A stretch of 28,414 nucleotides of DNA, taken from positions 1 through 28,414 of the forward strand of contig JAQGDQ010001706.1 of NCBI GenBank assembly GCA_030141605.1, in the 5' to 3' direction. The stretch's first letter is position 1. Each line of letters starts with the position of its first letter. The notes under the pieces are model-generated. The model saw nothing but the letters and a program-made list of their open reading frames with translations, had not been told where the DNA came from and searched no databases. Source of the DNA: Tubiluchus corallicola. Its lineage: Eukaryota > Animalia > Priapulida. This document shows, piece after piece, positions 23,336-28,414 of this stretch. The position numbers and the translations under genes were made by a program.

Positions 23336-24025
23336 TTGACGGGCATCGGTGCGTCGGTGACGGGCATCGGTGCGTTCGGTGCGTCGGTGACGGGCATCGA
23401 TGCATTCGGTGACGGGCATCGGTGCGTCGGTGACGGGCATCGGTGCGTTCGGTGCGTCGGTGACGGGCATCGGTGCGTCGGTGACGGGCATCGATGCGTT
23501 CGGTGCATTCGGTGCGTCGGTGCGTTCAGTGACGAGCATCGGTGCGTCGGTGCGTTCAGTGACGGGCATCGGTGTGTCGGTGCGTTCAGTGACGGGCATC
23601 GGTGCATTCGGTGCGTTCGGTGCGTCGGTGACGGGCATCGGTGCGTCGGTGACGGGCATCGATGCGTTCGGTGATGGGCATTGGTGCGTTCGGTGCGTTC
23701 AGTGACGGGCATCGGTGCGTCGGTGACGGGCATCGATGCGTTCGGTGACGGGCATCGGTGCGTTCAGTGACGGGCATCGGTGCGTCGGTGACGGGCATCG
23801 ATGCGTTCGGTGCATTCGGTGCGTCGGTGCATTCAGTGACGAGCATCGGTGCGTCGGTGACGTGCATCGGTGCGTTCGGTGCGTCGGTGCGTTCAGTGAC
23901 GGGCATCGGTGTGTCGGTGCGTTCAGTGACGGGCATCGGTGCGTCGGTGACGGGCATCGATGCGTTCGGTGCGTCGGTGACGGGCATCGATGCGTTCGGT
24001 GCGTCGACCATGGCATCGGTGACGT
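23336..24025. repeat. GC-rich modular minisatellite (intronic)
   Basis: Shuffled modules (G/A)GTGACGGGCATC, GGTGCGTC, GGTGCGTTC and GATGCGTTC. Confidence 0.95.
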
Positions 24026-24074
24026 GAATATCTGTACAAGAACTGCTCGTGTTGACTGTAATTTTTCTGTAAAG

Positions 24075-24210
24075 ACATGGAAACACAAAAGATGAAGAAA
24101 AGATTAAAGGAGGCTGAGGAAACTGCCAGTGAGCGCGAGAAGGAACAAGATGAAGAAGAAGAAGCACAGGCCATATTGACTATCTGCTGGACAATATTCG
24201 TGAATTTAGG
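24075..24210 (+). pseudogene. DNAH12: Next dynein heavy chain-like exon with an apparent frameshift
   Basis: Weak acceptor TTTTTCTGTAAAG and donor AGG|GTAAGA. METQKMKKRLKEAEETASEREKEQDEEEEAQA in one frame, then IDYLLDNIREFR in another; this fits the charged linker and 'I..FK' preceding the NPGxRxRHW motif. Confidence 0.6.
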
Positions 24211-24349
24211 GTAAGAGTAGCCCAACGTGGACACACTGTGGGTTTTGTACCTTTAGAATTTGAACTTGCAGCTTAAAAATAGTAAAACACACTCGAAAAT
24301 TCAAATTTTAAGAGCACTGATCTTGCATTCATGTAGTAGATTCACTGAC

Positions 24350-24870
24350 TAATTGTCAGCCAAACTCATAATTCACACAGATATCTCCAATTAAAGAGAC
24401 CATAGCAATGGTACTAATTAGAAGGCCAAGTCATGTAGTTGAGTTGTGGGCTTCACTAACGAACGTAAATGAAGAACTTGGCATTTTCGCTACATCAGAT
24501 ATAATATATTCATTAGCTTTACACGTTTCACTTAGCTCCGCATATAATCTTTTTTGGGATGGGAATTGAAACCCCCTACATCACAAACATAGCTAGACTC
24601 TGTAGTATCAATAATAGAGATGAGAGTGCCTAGACAAAGCCTAAATTTTTTAAAATTGTTATCAGCTTCATGAAAAAATCATTAATTAATACAAGTGGCA
24701 TTAATTAATCGGAAAATGAAAGAGAAATACCCATTACTCTGCATTCGTCATCATAGGTAAGTATTTTACTGGTAACAGGAAGAGTTTTTCGCCATAAGAT
24801 AGCCAAGCCTCCTTGTGGTCTACCATCTGGTATTCCTGTAGAGAAATCGGTTGATGAAACTCCAGGCCAT
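24350..24870 (-). mobile_element. Degenerate LINE APE-endonuclease fragment
   Basis: GRPQGGLAILWRK, RVMGISL, VGGFN (GDFN-like), FTFVSEAHNSTT*L motifs, with stops and frameshifts. Confidence 0.85.
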
Positions 24871-24959
24871 AGAATTCTGGGTGAATGCAAGATAGGTCTT
24901 TCAACTTTCATCTACTCCCGAACCTGACTCCATAAAACGATTAAAAATGAATTTTTTTT

Positions 24960-25369
24960 AAAAAAAATTATGTAATGTAATGTAATAGGTGTTATGTTAG
25001 TTTTGTAATGTCAAATGTATAAATAGTGTAAATGTAATGAGTGAAATTTATGTAATGTAAAGCATGTTTCTGTTAATTGTGTCATGTCAAATGCATATAT
25101 AGTGTAAAATATGTCATGTAAAATTCAATGTATTTTTGTAATATTGTTTTGTAAAAATATTTTAATATGGTGTTTGTAAATATGTCCATTTATTGTACAT
25201 AACTCGGCCTTAGTTTTGCACTTTAGTTTTTTTAGTATGCACTGGACGCATTTGTCTTGAACAGTGTTGTTATTTTAACATTACGCTACGCTAAGGCTTA
25301 CTCAATTTTATTATAATGAGTGAACCATTTGAAAGACAAATAAAGAATTAATATATATATATATATATA
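24960..25369 (+). mobile_element. LINE 3' UTR ending in AATAAA + (TA)n
   Basis: Shares terminal motifs with 27590..27830 (TGCACTG(G)ACGCATTT, GACAAATAAAGA, TA tail). Confidence 0.5.
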
Positions 25370-25742
25370 GGTGTTCTAGCTCTTGTTTAGGCAACATCAT
25401 TTCTTGCAAAAGTAGCACAGAGAAAACGAGAGTGAGAGAGAGAGATAATTATTATTGTTATAACTCTATTTTATTATATATATCAACATAAATACATACA
25501 TAATATATATGAATTCCCTCTATTTGCAGGGACCAGTATGAACATTATTATAGTAAGTTAGAAAATAATTAGAATTATCCCTTTTAATATCACTGGTGAC
25601 TATGATAACAGTAAAACGCTTATTTACCTAATTTTATAAATAACTCTTGCTTTTATATTTTCATTGACGGGTAGCAATTTAATTTTATAAAATGACGTTA
25701 ACTGGACTTCACATTTTTAAAAATAAACTCCACGTTTTTCGG

Positions 25743-26145
25743 CTATATTTTCTCTTTAGCATTTTTAACAATTTCTACAAACGCATTAATAGCATTTCTA
25801 CTTCTTATTCTGTATATATCCTTAAGTTGCCTAGATGGAAGTGCAGTTTCAAGTTTCCTTCTGAGTTCGTTTTTTATTAGAGGACAGTTAAAAATTATAT
25901 GTTCTGGCGTTTGGCTGTTTGCATTGCATTTACACATATCAGTTTCTATCAGACCCATTCTATTGCTAAATTCATTACAACCTCTCCCTAATAATAAGTT
26001 GAAAGCAAGGGTTTCAATAACACGTTCAATTCTTGTTATTTGCAGATATAAAGGTTTTGTGCAAACTTTAACTTCTTCAAAAGGGTTTCCAGCTAACTGG
26101 TTGCAATGCAACAGTTTTCTTTTCCAAAGAAACTCTAAGAATTTT
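25743..26145 (-). mobile_element. LINE ORF2 C-terminal fragment with CCHC zinc knuckle
   Basis: MCKCNANSQTPEHIIFNCP matches the C-x-C-x8-H-x4-C motif of non-LTR retrotransposons; the 5' side is cut near the microsatellite. Confidence 0.75.
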
Positions 26146-26182
26146 TGACATTCTTTCTTTGTGTATTTTATCTGTGTGACAG

Positions 26183-26582
<400 letters not shown>

Positions 26583-26844
26583 TAACTGGTTTCTAGAAAA
26601 TCAGTTTTAAATAACTTTATAATAACGTTATAAATGAAAATATTGGTAATATTGATTTTCTGTTCATACAGCAGCGTGCAGCTGTTACTGGTTTTATGAT
26701 TAGTCTTGGAGGACTTTGGTTTCAAAGCTTCGATCTTTAGCTTATTTTAGCTGTTAGCTTGCGCAATCTCATTTGTTACTTGGGCCCAACTACGTGTCAT
26801 TCTGTTTGCATAACGCTTAGGAACTATTAACTAAAACGATAGCT

Positions 26845-26968
26845 ACGGTATAATGCATTACGGCTGCGTGTAGACTGGCAGATGGCAACGGTATAATGCA
26901 TGACGGCTGCGTGTAGACTGGCAGATGGCAACGGTATAATGCATGACGGCTGCGTGTAGACTGGCAGA
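26845..26968 (+). repeat. 43-bp tandem repeat x2.9
   Basis: ACGGTATAATGCAT(T/G)ACGGCTGCGTGTAGACTGGCAGATGGCA at 26845, 26888 and 26931. Confidence 0.95.
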
Positions 26969-26989
26969 CTACATGTGGTGTCAATCACA

Positions 26990-27830
26990 TTGTGAAATTG
27001 ATCAACTAACAAAGGAAACTAAAACACTAATATATCAAACTTTAATTCTACCACACTTCTTATTTGGATGTACGCTACTTCAAAAAACCAAAAGAGAAAA
27101 TTACTTAAAATTAAATCTCCTTCAAAACTAAGCGTTGAGATTGATAGCTGGGTACTCATGCAAACGTAAGCCAGGTAGGCAAAAATTCAAAGCTTCAACA
27201 ACTAACCTGAGAAAAACTTTAAAATTCCCAATCATTGAAGCACACAAAGAATATTTCACTCTGCTTTTTATATTTAAATACATTAACAACATCAGCAAAC
27301 CATTCCAGAATAACAGATTTACCTTTTTTCCAAATCCTATCGTTAATTCCAGAACAAGCAATCTAAAACAAATTAGGACAAATACCCACTACGGAACGAA
27401 CTCTGGAATCAAGCAAGCAATTCTACTTTGGAATTCTCTACCATTACAGGTTAAACAAATCAAGTCCCTATCAGCATTTAAAACAAAATTAAAATCACAA
27501 ATATTAACCAGATATGAATACCATCACACCAGTACGACAACATACACACTAATTCAGAATTCATGTATCCACGGCCATATTAATTAAATAATAGTTTTTT
27601 TATTTTTTTGTGCATAGTTGTAAATATGTTTGATTTTATTCGTCGTTACTTTCCATTACTGCACAGTAGTTTAGATTGCACTGACGCATTTTATTAACTA
27701 ACACTGATTGATCATCTCTGTAAAGTTTTATCAGTGATTATCAATGTATTTTAATGACAAATAAAGATTCTTATATATATATATATTATATATATATGAT
27801 TATATATATATATATATATATATATATAAT
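26990..27830 (+). mobile_element. 5'-truncated CR1/L2-group LINE (RT C-terminus, 3' UTR, (TA)n tail)
   Basis: KTLIYQTLILPHFLFG...LLQN*ALRLIAG...LWNSLPLQVKQIKSLSAFKTKLKSQIL with one in-frame stop at 27129..27131; AATAAA at ~27760 followed by (TA)n. Confidence 0.85.
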
Positions 27831-27921
27831 CAGGAATAAAACAAACGGGCAGCAATAATAACGAAAACAATAAATCGCGCACATATTGCAAGTTTAAATC
27901 AGAATTTAAGCAAGAAAACTA

Positions 27922-28363
27922 CAGGCAAACACGGTATAAGGTACTCGCTTATAAGGGACCACCAACACCGGTCTCCATTTCTCATAACGTTTTTCCCTAT
28001 AAAAATCTTCGTATATAAGGTACTCGGATATAAGAGACTTTCCGTTATAAGGGACGATATCTTCAGGTCCTGCGTAATAGAAACCCAGGTAAATTACCTT
28101 ACGTATAAGGGGCCCTATGATCAAAGCGGAATTGATCGATTTTTAGCCTCAAATTTTCACAAACAGCTCAGTTTCTGCGGTCACATACTTCACTGAAGGA
28201 GCTTCCTACATACCGTTTGCACTGAATGTGTAGCAATAATCCATGGGGAAAAGTACACGTCTAGATATACCCTCGGCCTGACTCAACTTCGGCTATAAGG
28301 GACACTGGATATAAGGGACGGTTTTTCCGGTCCCGAAATATCCCTTATATCCGAGGTTGACTG
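27922..28363. mobile_element. ~440-bp Tigger/pogo-type MITE
   Basis: TA-CAGGCAAACACGGTATAAGG ... CCCTTATATCCGAGGTTGACTG-TA imperfect TIRs, with many internal TATAAGG(G) repeats. Confidence 0.7.
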
Positions 28364-28414
28364 TATTAACATTTCTGAAATTAAAAGATAATTCTAATTT
28401 ATAGATAACTGTAT

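Noticed and set aside
24075-24210. TGA recoding or alternative genetic code to rescue the exon
   Set aside because: The read-through peptide is not dynein-like whereas the shifted frame is; indels are the simpler explanation.
23297-24234. Mucin-like or Cys/His-rich repeat ORFs
   Set aside because: Open in many frames on both strands, and the frame shifts between modules; explained by the minisatellite.

Overview
AT-rich, repeat-dense animal-like nuclear DNA, with no intact single-exon gene. About 77% of the window is one giant inverted duplication (palindrome): left arm 2..9362, a unique ~3.1 kb spacer 9363..12463, and right arm 12464..21831. The arms are nearly identical; by eye I found about 11 substitutions and 3 indels, mostly clustered. 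Each arm carries the same set of elements: a solo LTR, 26-bp and 48-bp tandem arrays, a 970-bp deleted pogo/Tigger-like transposon with a psq/CENP-B HTH pseudogene, LINE 3' ends and part of a larger LTR-like element. Right of the palindrome are two + strand exons resembling an axonemal dynein heavy chain (DNAH12/3/7 group, N-terminal region 2). They are separated by a GC-rich modular minisatellite and show frame problems. LINE fragments, compound microsatellites and a Tigger-type MITE follow. All homology calls come from motif recognition and memory, not from database searches.
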